From IMG/VR virus record IMGVR_UViG_3300046529_000616, positions 3,216-67,215 of that record: DNA of 64,000 bases. One strand, given 5' to 3'. The notes beneath the pieces are model-generated. The model did not search any database and was not told the DNA's origin. It worked only from the letters and a program-made list of their open reading frames with translations. The stretch is from a virus (taxonomy: Duplodnaviria > Caudoviricetes). Position 1 is the first letter of the stretch. Each line of letters starts with the position of its first letter. This document shows, piece by piece, positions 8,427 to 17,217 of the stretch. Made by a program: the position numbers and the translations under genes.

Positions 8427-10637
8427 TTGAACAAAATTGGTCAAGACGCCGCTCGGTATGTTTCAAGATCTTCGACGTCGGAACATTGTTCGCTTTGTTC
8501 TATGTTTCGAGGTCCAAGCTCTTGCACCCTCGTTCAGGGGATTACTTCGCCGAACGGTTGGTGTCGATACTTCGATCGAAAACCTCTTGGGAAGGTAAGC
8601 GAAATGCCGGATGATTTCAAACTCTTCCTTCCGATTTCGAAGGTTGAGAAGCAGAACGACGGGTCGGTGACGATTTCGGGCTATGCGTCAACGCCGGCGT
8701 TGGATCTCGATGGCGAAATTGTCAGCCTTGATGCTGTCAAAAAAGCCCTTCCGGGTTATATGGCTTGGCGGAACATTCGCGAAATGCACCAGCCGCGAGC
8801 GGTCGGAGTCGCGAAAGAAGCCAACGTCGACGAAAAGGGACTGTTCCTTACTTCCAAGATCGTCGACAAGGCCGCGGTGGAGAAGGTTCTCGAAGGCGTT
8901 TACAAGGGCTATTCGATCGGTGGGCGGAAGCTCGCCAAAACCGGGAACACGATTACCGAGATCGACCTGGTCGAGATTTCGATTGTCGACCGGCCAGCGA
9001 ACCCGGAATGTCCGTTTTCAATTGCCAAGTCGGCGAAAGCCTTTACCGACTCGACTGTTGGTTATCTCGTCAAGACCGCTTCTCCGCCCCGGGACCCCAA
9101 AGCGCGTGCTCTCGGCCAGATGGCGAAAGCAGTTCGGACTCTCGCGAAGGCCCCACCGGCGGCTCACGATGGACTGTCACTTCCTGCTCCGATGAAATGC
9201 GCTGCACATGGGCTTCTCGACTGCAAGAAGTGCATGAAAGCCGCGAAGAAGGCGGAAAAAATCAAGAAACGTGAGGTTTCGGAACAGGAACGTTCTCGAC
9301 TCGCTGGGACTGGGGCTGCCCTTCCCGACGGTTCCTTTCCGATTGCCAACCGGTCTGATCTTGCCAATGCCCGGCAAGCTGTGGGTCGGGCGAAAGACCC
9401 TTCCAAGGCTCGGGCGCATATCAAAGCGCGGGCGGAAGCTCTCGGAGTCACACTTCCCGACAACTGGAAAAAGAAAGAAGCTTCGGCGTTGATCCAGTCC
9501 GCCGAAGACTCGCTTCTGAAACTTGACCCAAGTCCTGCGTCCGAGCTGTCCTTTCTGACCCTGGACGCCGGAGAGAAGCCTCGCCGCGATGGGGCTTCTT
9601 TGGGTAAGCGTCGATCTGGCCATGAGTCGATGCTTGAGGTCGACCTCGACCTTCAGAAAGGCGGCAATGGCGCGGACGAGGATTTTTTGGACTTGAAATT
9701 TGTGCAACCTTCTGAGGACAGAACGATGACAGTACAGGGTGACGCGTTGACGAAGTGGCTGATCGAGAACGGGATGGCGGATGTCGTCCAGAAGGCTCGG
9801 CAGGGTTCTCCGATGACTCGGGCGGCTCGCATGGCCGACGCCAGGGGGAACTTGAAGAAGGTCAAGAAGGCTCGCGGTGGCGCGGCTGCGGCGATCGAGG
9901 ACGCCCACAAGGTCTTGAAGGCGGCCTACTTGTCGAAACAAGCTCTCATCAAGGCCGGCAAGAAGCCGCCGATGGATGACGACGGCGACTTCGACATGGG
10001 CAAGGTCATGGGATCGCTTCAGAAAGCCTTCGGCGAGCTGACGACCATGAAGACCTTCATCAAGGCTGCCGATGGTCAGCTGAAGAAGGCTGCTTCTCGC
10101 GCCGGCCAGCGGGGCCAGGAAACCACCGACGGGAACGAGTTCTACCAGGTTCCTGCGGGAGTGAAGGATCTGAATCAGAGCGATCTTACGTCTGCCGGTC
10201 CGGGTTCGGGGCGTGGTTCGGAACCTCCGATGTATCCGGTCGACGGTGGCGTCTATCCCGGCAAGTCGGCAAAGAGCAAAGGCATGATTTCGGTCGACCA
10301 CGCTGAAGCGATCGCCAAGGCTGCTGCTGCCGAAGCCAAGGTCGAATTGCTGGAACGGGCGCCGATTGGTCCTTCCGGTCGCCGGCCCTATTCGTTCGAT
10401 GTGACGAAAGCCTTCTCCGGCAACGGAAAGAATGCTGCGTCAAACAACGAGGCGACGAAAACGCTGTTCGACGGCGTCGATCCTGCTGCCTTGATGTCCG
10501 GCGACGAGCACGCCCACACGGCTGCAACCGCGCGGGTGATCGGCAACATGCTGACTCATCCTTCCACCTTCGGCAAGAGCGTGCTGTTCGACCCCAACTT
10601 CAAGGGAGGGGCCGGCTTCAAGGCACAAAATTCCTAA
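8427..10637 (+). CDS. Prohead protease (HK97-type) / scaffold polyprotein with an in-frame N-terminal HiPIP-like domain
   Basis: One open frame from GTG 8373/TTG 8427; ATG with RBS at 8604 begins the protease domain (ISGYAS...DGEIV, NIREMH, YKGYSIGG, EISIVDRPANP); helical K/A-rich scaffold-like C-terminus; lies directly before the MCP. The start is uncertain. Confidence 0.8.
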   Translation: MNKIGQDAARYVSRSSTSEHCSLCSMFRGPSSCTLVQGITSPNGWCRYFDRKPLGKVSEMPDDFKLFLPISKVEKQNDGSVTISGYASTPALDLDGEIVSLDAVKKALPGYMAWRNIREMHQPRAVGVAKEANVDEKGLFLTSKIVDKAAVEKVLEGVYKGYSIGGRKLAKTGNTITEIDLVEISIVDRPANPECPFSIAKSAKAFTDSTVGYLVKTASPPRDPKARALGQMAKAVRTLAKAPPAAHDGLSLPAPMKCAAHGLLDCKKCMKAAKKAEKIKKREVSEQERSRLAGTGAALPDGSFPIANRSDLANARQAVGRAKDPSKARAHIKARAEALGVTLPDNWKKKEASALIQSAEDSLLKLDPSPASELSFLTLDAGEKPRRDGASLGKRRSGHESMLEVDLDLQKGGNGADEDFLDLKFVQPSEDRTMTVQGDALTKWLIENGMADVVQKARQGSPMTRAARMADARGNLKKVKKARGGAAAAIEDAHKVLKAAYLSKQALIKAGKKPPMDDDGDFDMGKVMGSLQKAFGELTTMKTFIKAADGQLKKAASRAGQRGQETTDGNEFYQVPAGVKDLNQSDLTSAGPGSGRGSEPPMYPVDGGVYPGKSAKSKGMISVDHAEAIAKAAAAEAKVELLERAPIGPSGRRPYSFDVTKAFSGNGKNAASNNEATKTLFDGVDPAALMSGDEHAHTAATARVIGNMLTHPSTFGKSVLFDPNFKGGAGFKAQNS

Positions 10638-10683
10638 GTCGGGCACGTTCGCCCACGTTTAACCCAATCCAAGGAGACTTTGA

Positions 10684-12339
10684 ATGCCCGACGGTAACAT
10701 GATGCAGGTTCCCTTCACGGGACCGAATGGTATCGGCAACGAATTTGTCGCCTCGTTGTTCGAGAATGAGAACTTCCAGGCGATGATCGACAAACGCTTT
10801 GGCGGGTTGGCTAAAGCCGATACGATCGCGCAAGCAACGAACCTTCTTTGGTACGACCTGCGCCCGGTCGTCCAGATGCTCTATCCCTATCGGGAATTGA
10901 TTCCGCGGATTTCACGGCTTCCGCGAGTCAGTGCCGATGGCGGCACCGCGTTCAACTGGAAGCGGATCACTGGAGTCAACGTCAACGGCGCGTCGAGCGG
11001 CGTGTCGGAAGGCAACCGCGGCGCCCGGATCGCGATTTCCGAACAGGACATGCTGTCGGCATTCCGAACCCTGGGTTTCGAAAGCTCGGTCACATTCGAA
11101 GCGCGGCTCGCGGGAAGGAATCTCTCCCCGGATACGTTGGGGCTTTCGGTCCAAAGTTCCCTACGATCCCTGATGATCGACGAGGAGAAAATCCTCATCA
11201 ATGGCAACGCAGGGCTTCCGCTGGGCACGACACCGACTCCGGCTCTCGTTGCTGGTGCGGTTTCGGGCGTTACCGGAACCATCAACGGGACGATTTACGT
11301 CGCGTGTGTTGCTCTCACCGGCATGGGGCAGTTGGGTTATTCGACCTACAACTCCACGACCGGTTTGGGTGGTGTGCTCGGGCAGGTCACCAAGACCAAC
11401 GCCGACGGTTCAACCGACACCTATGGCGGTGGCTCGGCGAAACCTTCGGCCGTTGCGTCGGCAGCTCCGACCGGCACCCAGGCCGTCACGGCGGCGGTTG
11501 CGGCAGTCACGGGCGCCTCTGCCTACGCTTGGTTCGCGGGAACCGCGGCGAATGCGCTCTACTATGCTGGACTTACTCCCAGCAACCAGGCGATCCTGTC
11601 GAAGTATCCGTCGACTTCCGGCCAGCCGATGACCAATCTTCAGGTCGCCGGGAACTATCAGGACAATTCGACCGATATCCTGATCCCGGACGGGGTTTTG
11701 ACCCAGATCGTTGGCTCGATCACTGGCGCGGCGCCCGGAACGGCGATGGCGACCAATCCCATTCTGCCTTCGGGGATTACGTTGTCGGCCAGCGGCTCGA
11801 TTATCTACACGATGGGTTCGGGCAACACTGGGGTCACGATCTCGGGGACGAATATCCTCGAATTCGATGCGATCTTGCGCGCCGCTTACGACCAGTACAA
11901 GCTCGGCTACGATCGGATCTTGGTGTCGTCGGTTGAGACCGCGGACATCTGGGGTGCGTTCCTGGCCCAAAGCGCCAACGCGTCGAGCTTCCGCATCTTG
12001 TTCGACGCCGACCAGGAAACCGGACGGATCGTTGCAGGTCGGAGAATCACCTCCTACCACAACAAATTCTTCGGCAACACGCTCGATGTCGAAGTGCATC
12101 CGTACGTTCCGCCCGGGACCGTGATCTTCTGGTCGGACAGGTCGCCCTACGAACTCTCGGGTGTGGCCAACTTGATCGAGGCGAAGGTTCGGCAGGACTA
12201 CTATCAGATCCAGTGGCCTTGGTCGACTCGGCGGTATGAATACGGCGTGTACGTCGACGAGACGTTCCCGATCTACTTCACGCCGAGCTTTGCGCTGCTG
12301 ACGAACAAGAACCCGAGCAGCGGCACGATGGTGTTCTAG
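10684..12339 (+). CDS. Major capsid protein with a central inserted domain
   Basis: RBS AAGGAG; follows protease/scaffold; WYDL..VQMLYP..LPRV N-terminus and YYQIQWP..RRYEYGVYVDE C-terminus typical of this MCP class. Confidence 0.85.
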   Translation: MPDGNMMQVPFTGPNGIGNEFVASLFENENFQAMIDKRFGGLAKADTIAQATNLLWYDLRPVVQMLYPYRELIPRISRLPRVSADGGTAFNWKRITGVNVNGASSGVSEGNRGARIAISEQDMLSAFRTLGFESSVTFEARLAGRNLSPDTLGLSVQSSLRSLMIDEEKILINGNAGLPLGTTPTPALVAGAVSGVTGTINGTIYVACVALTGMGQLGYSTYNSTTGLGGVLGQVTKTNADGSTDTYGGGSAKPSAVASAAPTGTQAVTAAVAAVTGASAYAWFAGTAANALYYAGLTPSNQAILSKYPSTSGQPMTNLQVAGNYQDNSTDILIPDGVLTQIVGSITGAAPGTAMATNPILPSGITLSASGSIIYTMGSGNTGVTISGTNILEFDAILRAAYDQYKLGYDRILVSSVETADIWGAFLAQSANASSFRILFDADQETGRIVAGRRITSYHNKFFGNTLDVEVHPYVPPGTVIFWSDRSPYELSGVANLIEAKVRQDYYQIQWPWSTRRYEYGVYVDETFPIYFTPSFALLTNKNPSSGTMVF

Positions 12340-12408
12340 ACTGGTTTCGCGGCTGGTCTTTCTAGGTCCTACTTCTCTTTCTGTTAATCATGGCCAAGGA
12401 GATTTTCG

Positions 12409-12849
12409 ATGTGGATGATGTTCCCAGAAGGTGTCACGGAAGTATCCGTTGAGCAGATGAACTTCGTTGCGGAGGTCCACGACGAAGAGAAGCACGGATA
12501 TTTTCGGGCACCGGACCATCTGGTTCCGAGTCTGATCGACTTGACGAAATGTGTTGTTCGGGTTCCTCCGGTCGATCATCCGGATGATTTGCCGCCGACG
12601 GCTCTGACCACAGCAACGTCCGATCTCGCGATTGCGAACGAGAACTTGCGGAATGAAAATTCCGACCTGCGAGGAAGCATTGCGGAGCTGAACGAGAGGG
12701 TTTCTGACCTGATGCTTCAGCTTCATGAAGCCAAGACGGAGCTGAACAACTTCAAGTTCGAGCAGGAGCAGAAGGGAACGGAAACATCGGAAGCCTCTTC
12801 CGAAACTCCCATGATCGGTGTTGAGACTTCTTCCCGCAAGAAAGGCTAA
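12409..12849 (+). CDS. Hypothetical protein with coiled-coil C-terminus
   Basis: RBS AAGGAG; heptad-rich LRNENSDLRGSIAELNERV segment. Confidence 0.7.
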   Translation: MWMMFPEGVTEVSVEQMNFVAEVHDEEKHGYFRAPDHLVPSLIDLTKCVVRVPPVDHPDDLPPTALTTATSDLAIANENLRNENSDLRGSIAELNERVSDLMLQLHEAKTELNNFKFEQEQKGTETSEASSETPMIGVETSSRKKG

Positions 12850-12855
12850 GTTTCC

Positions 12856-13719
12856 ATGACTCTGGCAAGCGGCGATTTGACAACTCTCTCAGCAGCGAGG
12901 CTTTGGGTTGACCCACTTCCGAGTGATGCTGTCTTAGCGCCGCTTATTACTCGGGCTTCGATGTCGATTCGGTCGATCTTGAACCGGACGAGCCTTTTAC
13001 CCCGAGCTTATTCCGAACAGTTCGACGGAACCGGAACGGCGCAACTCGTTCTTCCAAATTATCCGGTTCTGGGCCTACCGACTTTGTCTGTCTCTGGCCA
13101 GTCTATTTCTCAGGCGGCTCAGGAGGGAGACGGACCTGGCTTCTGTTTTGGCTTTCGCTATCAACCTTGGAATGGAATACCTCCTGGAAATCCGGCGGTT
13201 TTGGAATTGGTCGGAACAAGGTATTGGGGCGGAAGGCAGAACGTAGTTGTCAATTACTCTGCCGGGTATCAAATCACTGATGAACCTGGAACGGTTGATG
13301 CGACAACGTATCAAATCACGCCTTTAATTCCTCAGGGAAATTGGGCGAGCGATCAGGGAGTCGTTTATGCCGATACCGGGGTGGCGTTGGTTCCAGTGGC
13401 GGACTCGCCGACTGTTGGCCAATATGTTCCACCGAACCCGGAAGGGTTGATGCCGATTTTGTATTATCAATTTTCTGTTGACGATGCGAGCCAGAATCTA
13501 CTTCTTTCCTACGGATTTATCCCATACGACATCGAACAGGTTGCATTGGAAGTAATTGCAGACCGGGCAAGCTATCGGACTCGTGCCGGTGTCCGATCTA
13601 AGAGTCTTGCTGGACAGGAGACGATCGCCTATACCGACACCGCGCTGAATGACTATGTGAACAGAAGTCTCGGCGCGTATATTTCTGTTCTTCCTCCAGC
13701 AATAGGAGCGGCGGTGTAG
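12856..13719 (+). CDS. Head-tail adaptor (gp6/gp15-like) with inserted domain
   Basis: DLTTLSAAR...LITRAS N-terminus and YG.IPYDIEQVALE...KSLAGQETIAY C-terminus; position after the MCP. Confidence 0.7.
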   Translation: MTLASGDLTTLSAARLWVDPLPSDAVLAPLITRASMSIRSILNRTSLLPRAYSEQFDGTGTAQLVLPNYPVLGLPTLSVSGQSISQAAQEGDGPGFCFGFRYQPWNGIPPGNPAVLELVGTRYWGGRQNVVVNYSAGYQITDEPGTVDATTYQITPLIPQGNWASDQGVVYADTGVALVPVADSPTVGQYVPPNPEGLMPILYYQFSVDDASQNLLLSYGFIPYDIEQVALEVIADRASYRTRAGVRSKSLAGQETIAYTDTALNDYVNRSLGAYISVLPPAIGAAV

Positions 13720-13721
13720 TC

Positions 13722-14039
13722 ATGGCCAATGACACTAGCCCGGAACCTGTTCAGCTTCCTGGGAATATAGGAAAACTCATTCTCGATCCTCTTGAGCATT
13801 CGATCGCGGCGGGGGCGAGAGAGGCGCTGAAGGTTGGAGTTCCAACCCACAACGTGGTCGAGATGTTTCTGAACCATCTCGCTTCTGTGGTCGCAATGAT
13901 CGAGCCCGCTGGGGCAAGGGCAGCCACGGTCGAAGGACTCGTGAACAGCTTCGGAACTATGGTCCATAAACATGTTGAGGCCCAAAGAACCACAAAAAGC
14001 GGCCTTCTGGTTCCTCGGCCGGAATTAGTCAATGGCTGA
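13722..14039 (+). CDS. Hypothetical protein
   Basis: RBS GGAG; 105 aa, tightly packed with neighbours. Confidence 0.6.
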   Translation: MANDTSPEPVQLPGNIGKLILDPLEHSIAAGAREALKVGVPTHNVVEMFLNHLASVVAMIEPAGARAATVEGLVNSFGTMVHKHVEAQRTTKSGLLVPRPELVNG

Positions 14040-14517
14040 TTGCGGCGCGTGCAATCTCTGCTGCAAACTTCTCGCTGTCCCTGACATCGGCAAACCTGCT
14101 CGGATGCTGTGTTGGCACACGGGACTCCACGGCGGCTGTGCGGTTCATAGGGAAAAAGAAACCGACCCGAAACTCACCGCCTGCCATCAATGGAAGTGCG
14201 TTTGGCTCGCGTCTCAGGGACTTGAGGATGAAACCAAACGTGGCAGTCGGATGCTTCGGCCCGATATGTGCCATGTGGTTCTTGGGCCGTTTGATCGGGA
14301 CGATCCGCATTTGCTTTATGTCCAGGTCGATCCAGCATACCCTGCGGCGTGGAAAAACTCCCACGTTCAGGCGTACCTCTCCGAAGTCATTTCCAAAGGC
14401 GCCAGGATTGAAGTCATCATTGATGAAGTGAGGTTTCGTTGGGATGGGGAAAGGTGTATGCCTGTTGAAGAGGCTTCCGAGTATGCCCAAGCCCATGCCG
14501 AGCGAGAGATCGCCTGA
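14032..14517 (+). CDS. YkgJ/CxxCxxCC-family Zn/Fe-chelating protein
   Basis: CGACNLCC, then C...GC.VH...C..W.C.W and RPD motifs. Confidence 0.75.
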   Translation: MADCGACNLCCKLLAVPDIGKPARMLCWHTGLHGGCAVHREKETDPKLTACHQWKCVWLASQGLEDETKRGSRMLRPDMCHVVLGPFDRDDPHLLYVQVDPAYPAAWKNSHVQAYLSEVISKGARIEVIIDEVRFRWDGERCMPVEEASEYAQAHAEREIA

Positions 14518-15008
14518 TGCCCGGACTTCCAGTCGATCGGGCCGCCATAAAGAGCGCCTTGTTTACCCGACTCCAATCGGCTACGTTTTCGGTTCCGATC
14601 AACGGCTTTACGACTTGGGCGCAAACTTCGCGCCGGTTGAAGCTGTTTAACAATATTGATCCGAGCAACCAGCCGGCGATGTTTCTGGTTCAGCATCATG
14701 AGACTTATGAACAGTATGGAACGGGACGTTTGACCCGTCGATTTCTGAACATGGGTGTTTGGTGCTATGCGCCGACCGGAGAGGAATCTATTGTTGGCGA
14801 TGACCTTCTCGACTTGATGGAAACCGCCATTGAAACGGTTCTTCAACCTGACGATCCGTTTCGGAACGAGCTTACCTTGGGAGGTTTGTTGACTCCCAAT
14901 AACGGTTGGTGTCGCATCGACCGTAGAGATGGCATGTTCATTAGAGATCCTGGAGACATTGACAACCAGGCGCTTTTGATCATGCCGATTAGGATTCTAC
15001 TTCCATAA
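14517..15008 (+). CDS. Putative tail terminator/completion protein
   Basis: 163 aa between the neck and tail tube genes; R.AIKSALF..L N-terminus, TLGGL..WCRI C-terminal part. Confidence 0.6.
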   Translation: MPGLPVDRAAIKSALFTRLQSATFSVPINGFTTWAQTSRRLKLFNNIDPSNQPAMFLVQHHETYEQYGTGRLTRRFLNMGVWCYAPTGEESIVGDDLLDLMETAIETVLQPDDPFRNELTLGGLLTPNNGWCRIDRRDGMFIRDPGDIDNQALLIMPIRILLP

Positions 15009-15019
15009 AGGAGAATGAG

Positions 15020-15334
15020 ATGTCGGACGGAACAAACCCCGAGACTCGGATCATTCCAGACGATGGCACAACGCCGGGGCCGGGGCCAACGGATGTGACT
15101 CAGACAGAAACCACGACGGGATATGGCGAGGATGCGGCGCCGACAGAATCAGCCCCGGCGGCGCCGTCGGCACCTGACACGAATTCCGCCATCGAGGAGG
15201 CAATCAGAAAGTGGACCAGCGGCCACTTGTATAATTCTCCGTTGGCCCAGGCGACTGAAGCCTGGAACCACGTCATGGGCTCGCTCAATGCCCTGCGGAC
15301 GTATCTGAAGGAGGAACTGGGCAAGGTTCAGTAA
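15020..15334 (+). CDS. Hypothetical protein
   Basis: RBS AAGGAG; Pro/Thr-rich N-terminus. Confidence 0.6.
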   Translation: MSDGTNPETRIIPDDGTTPGPGPTDVTQTETTTGYGEDAAPTESAPAAPSAPDTNSAIEEAIRKWTSGHLYNSPLAQATEAWNHVMGSLNALRTYLKEELGKVQ

Positions 15335-15377
15335 CAGACACGGTTTCAATTTCGCAACCCCAACTTGGGAGACGACG

Positions 15378-16115
15378 ATGGAGTTCGGATTTGGTTCAGG
15401 CATCTTGACGGGGTCGCGAAATGACATCGCGAATCAGACCCCGGTTCGATTCGGTGCCCTTCAGAATATCGACTTGGAATTTGCCGGCGATATTAAGGAA
15501 CTGTTCGCGACGCAGCAGTTCCCGATCGACGTCGCGCGCGGCAAGACCAAGATCACGGGCAAGGCGAAGGTCGCCGAAATCAAGGGCTCGATGTATAACG
15601 AGATCTTTTTCGGTCAGACCCTCGCCACTGGGGCGCTGAAATACGCCTACAACGAGTCGGTCGCGGCGGGAACCTCGGGCTTCTCCTACACCGTGGCGAA
15701 CTCGGGCTCGACACCACTCGTCGACCAGGGAGCATTCTACCTCTCGGGCGGAAACCAGTTGAATTACGTTACCGGGGCGCCCGGCAGCGGACAATACAAC
15801 TGGAATCCTTCCACCGGGGTCTATGTCTTCGCCACCGCGGATGCTGGGTCTGCCTTCTGCGTGAACTACACATATCACGTTTCATCCGGGTTCAACATCG
15901 CGATCGGCAATCCGTTCATGGGGACAACTCCCCAGTTCGCTGCGACCTTGTTCCAGCAGTTCGAGGGGAATCAGGTCGTGTTGGTCCTGAACAAATGCGT
16001 TTCGAGCCGGCTCACGTTCCCGACTCGGATCGACGACTACGTGCTTCAGGACATCGACTTCTCGGCATTCGCAGACGCGAGCGGCAACGTCGGCACCTGG
16101 AACACCAGCAACTAA
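15378..16115 (+). CDS. Major tail (tube) protein
   Basis: FGALQNIDLEFAGDIKEL...FPIDVARGK.KITGKAK signature; precedes the chaperone and tape measure genes. Confidence 0.8.
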   Translation: MEFGFGSGILTGSRNDIANQTPVRFGALQNIDLEFAGDIKELFATQQFPIDVARGKTKITGKAKVAEIKGSMYNEIFFGQTLATGALKYAYNESVAAGTSGFSYTVANSGSTPLVDQGAFYLSGGNQLNYVTGAPGSGQYNWNPSTGVYVFATADAGSAFCVNYTYHVSSGFNIAIGNPFMGTTPQFAATLFQQFEGNQVVLVLNKCVSSRLTFPTRIDDYVLQDIDFSAFADASGNVGTWNTSN

Positions 16116-16149
16116 GTCTGAATCTGAAACCTTAACCGGAGCTTCTATC

Positions 16150-16623
16150 ATGGCCGATGGAAACGGAAACGGACACGACGATGGACAAACCGGCGCCACT
16201 CTTGGCGTTGGGGAATATGTTCCGTTCACGATTGGGGGCAGGGAAATTCGCGTTCCCGCCCTCAGTCTGTGGGACTTGGAACAATCGAGGGAAGATATTC
16301 GAGCCCTCAATTCCGATATGTATTGGACCGAATATGCCTCGACGGTCCTGAGAATCATAGCCCGGAAGATGGGGAATGTTGACAACTACCTTCCCATGTC
16401 CGAAGCATGGATGAAGTCCTGTACGGTCAAGGAAGCAAATGGAATTACGCCGGCATTTAACCAACTGCTGGCCCTCAGCGGGTTTGAGAACGCTGCTGCT
16501 ACCGACCCTTTAGCATCGGAGGAAGCCGGGGCGAGCCCTGGGACTGGGACATCGGACGAATCGCCGCCGAACTCGCCGTCGCTTTCCGAATTCCAGACCT
16601 CCGATACCTCAAGCGAACCGTAA
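16150..16623 (+). CDS. Tail assembly chaperone (G-like)
   Basis: Position between the tail tube and tape measure genes; contains a slippery site. Confidence 0.75.
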   Translation: MADGNGNGHDDGQTGATLGVGEYVPFTIGGREIRVPALSLWDLEQSREDIRALNSDMYWTEYASTVLRIIARKMGNVDNYLPMSEAWMKSCTVKEANGITPAFNQLLALSGFENAAATDPLASEEAGASPGTGTSDESPPNSPSLSEFQTSDTSSEP

Positions 16624-16802
16624 CGCTGAAGGACTACCAGCTTTTTCATAAGGCTTGGACAGATAATCCTCCAGGAGACTGGCTTCTTGCCGCACAGTTG
16701 GGGTATAAAGCTCCTGAAGCCAAGCATAAGGCTGCAGTCGAGAACACAAAAATGATGTTCGACATTATCAAAGGGTTTGAGGAAGCGGCGAAAAAGAAAT
16801 GA
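16506..16802 (+). other. Programmed -1 frameshift site (C CCT TTA, 16506-16512) and G-T extension
   Basis: Canonical X XXY YYZ heptamer in the chaperone frame; the -1 frame is open 16488-16802 (WDWDIGRIAAELA...WTDNPPGDWLLAAQLGYK...KKK*), and its TGA overlaps the next ATG. Confidence 0.8.
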
Positions 16803-17215
16803 TAACCGTTCGGGTCATTGCGGAAGAAGCTATTTTTCACCTGGACAAACTCCCAGCAGCTATTCGAAACGCACTCAAGAAAAAGTACGAGGATATTTTC
16901 GACCAGCTTCGAGCAGGGATGAAGGATCAGGTTCCGCTGAAGTTCCTTGATCCGAAACTGGTAACGTCTGGGGTGGAAGAAATCGGATCGACAGTTGTCG
17001 GTTTCATCGAAGCTGAAGACAAGCCTGGCGTTTATGCCATCTTTCCAACAAAAGCTAAAGTGCTTCGGTTTCTTTCCAAGTCCGGAGAGATTGTCTTCGC
17101 CCCGAAGGTGCTTAATCATCCTTTCCCCAAGGCCGCCCAGCATTTGAATCAGTATCTTCTTGACTCCAAGCCCTGGATCGTTGAGCAGTTGACCAACGCT
17201 GTGAAGGACGCCTGA
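16799..17215 (+). CDS. Putative tail completion protein (HK97 gp10-like)
   Basis: IFPTKAKVLRF...IVFAPKVLNHP resembles a motif common in gp10-like neck/tail proteins. Confidence 0.5.
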   Translation: MITVRVIAEEAIFHLDKLPAAIRNALKKKYEDIFDQLRAGMKDQVPLKFLDPKLVTSGVEEIGSTVVGFIEAEDKPGVYAIFPTKAKVLRFLSKSGEIVFAPKVLNHPFPKAAQHLNQYLLDSKPWIVEQLTNAVKDA

Positions 17216-17217
17216 TC

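Noticed and set aside
8122-8430. 102-aa ORF from the track
   Set aside because: TTG start without an RBS, no recognisable motif, and the region is better explained by nested base pairing.
9633-9653. EVDLDL inside the protease/scaffold as a copy of the C-terminal tag
   Set aside because: Internal, in a late protein and deviating from the consensus; could be chance.
9177-12099. Long shadow ORFs (9177-10301 -, 10848-11936 +, 11410-12099 -)
   Set aside because: Antisense or off-frame to the protease and MCP; typical of GC-rich codon bias.
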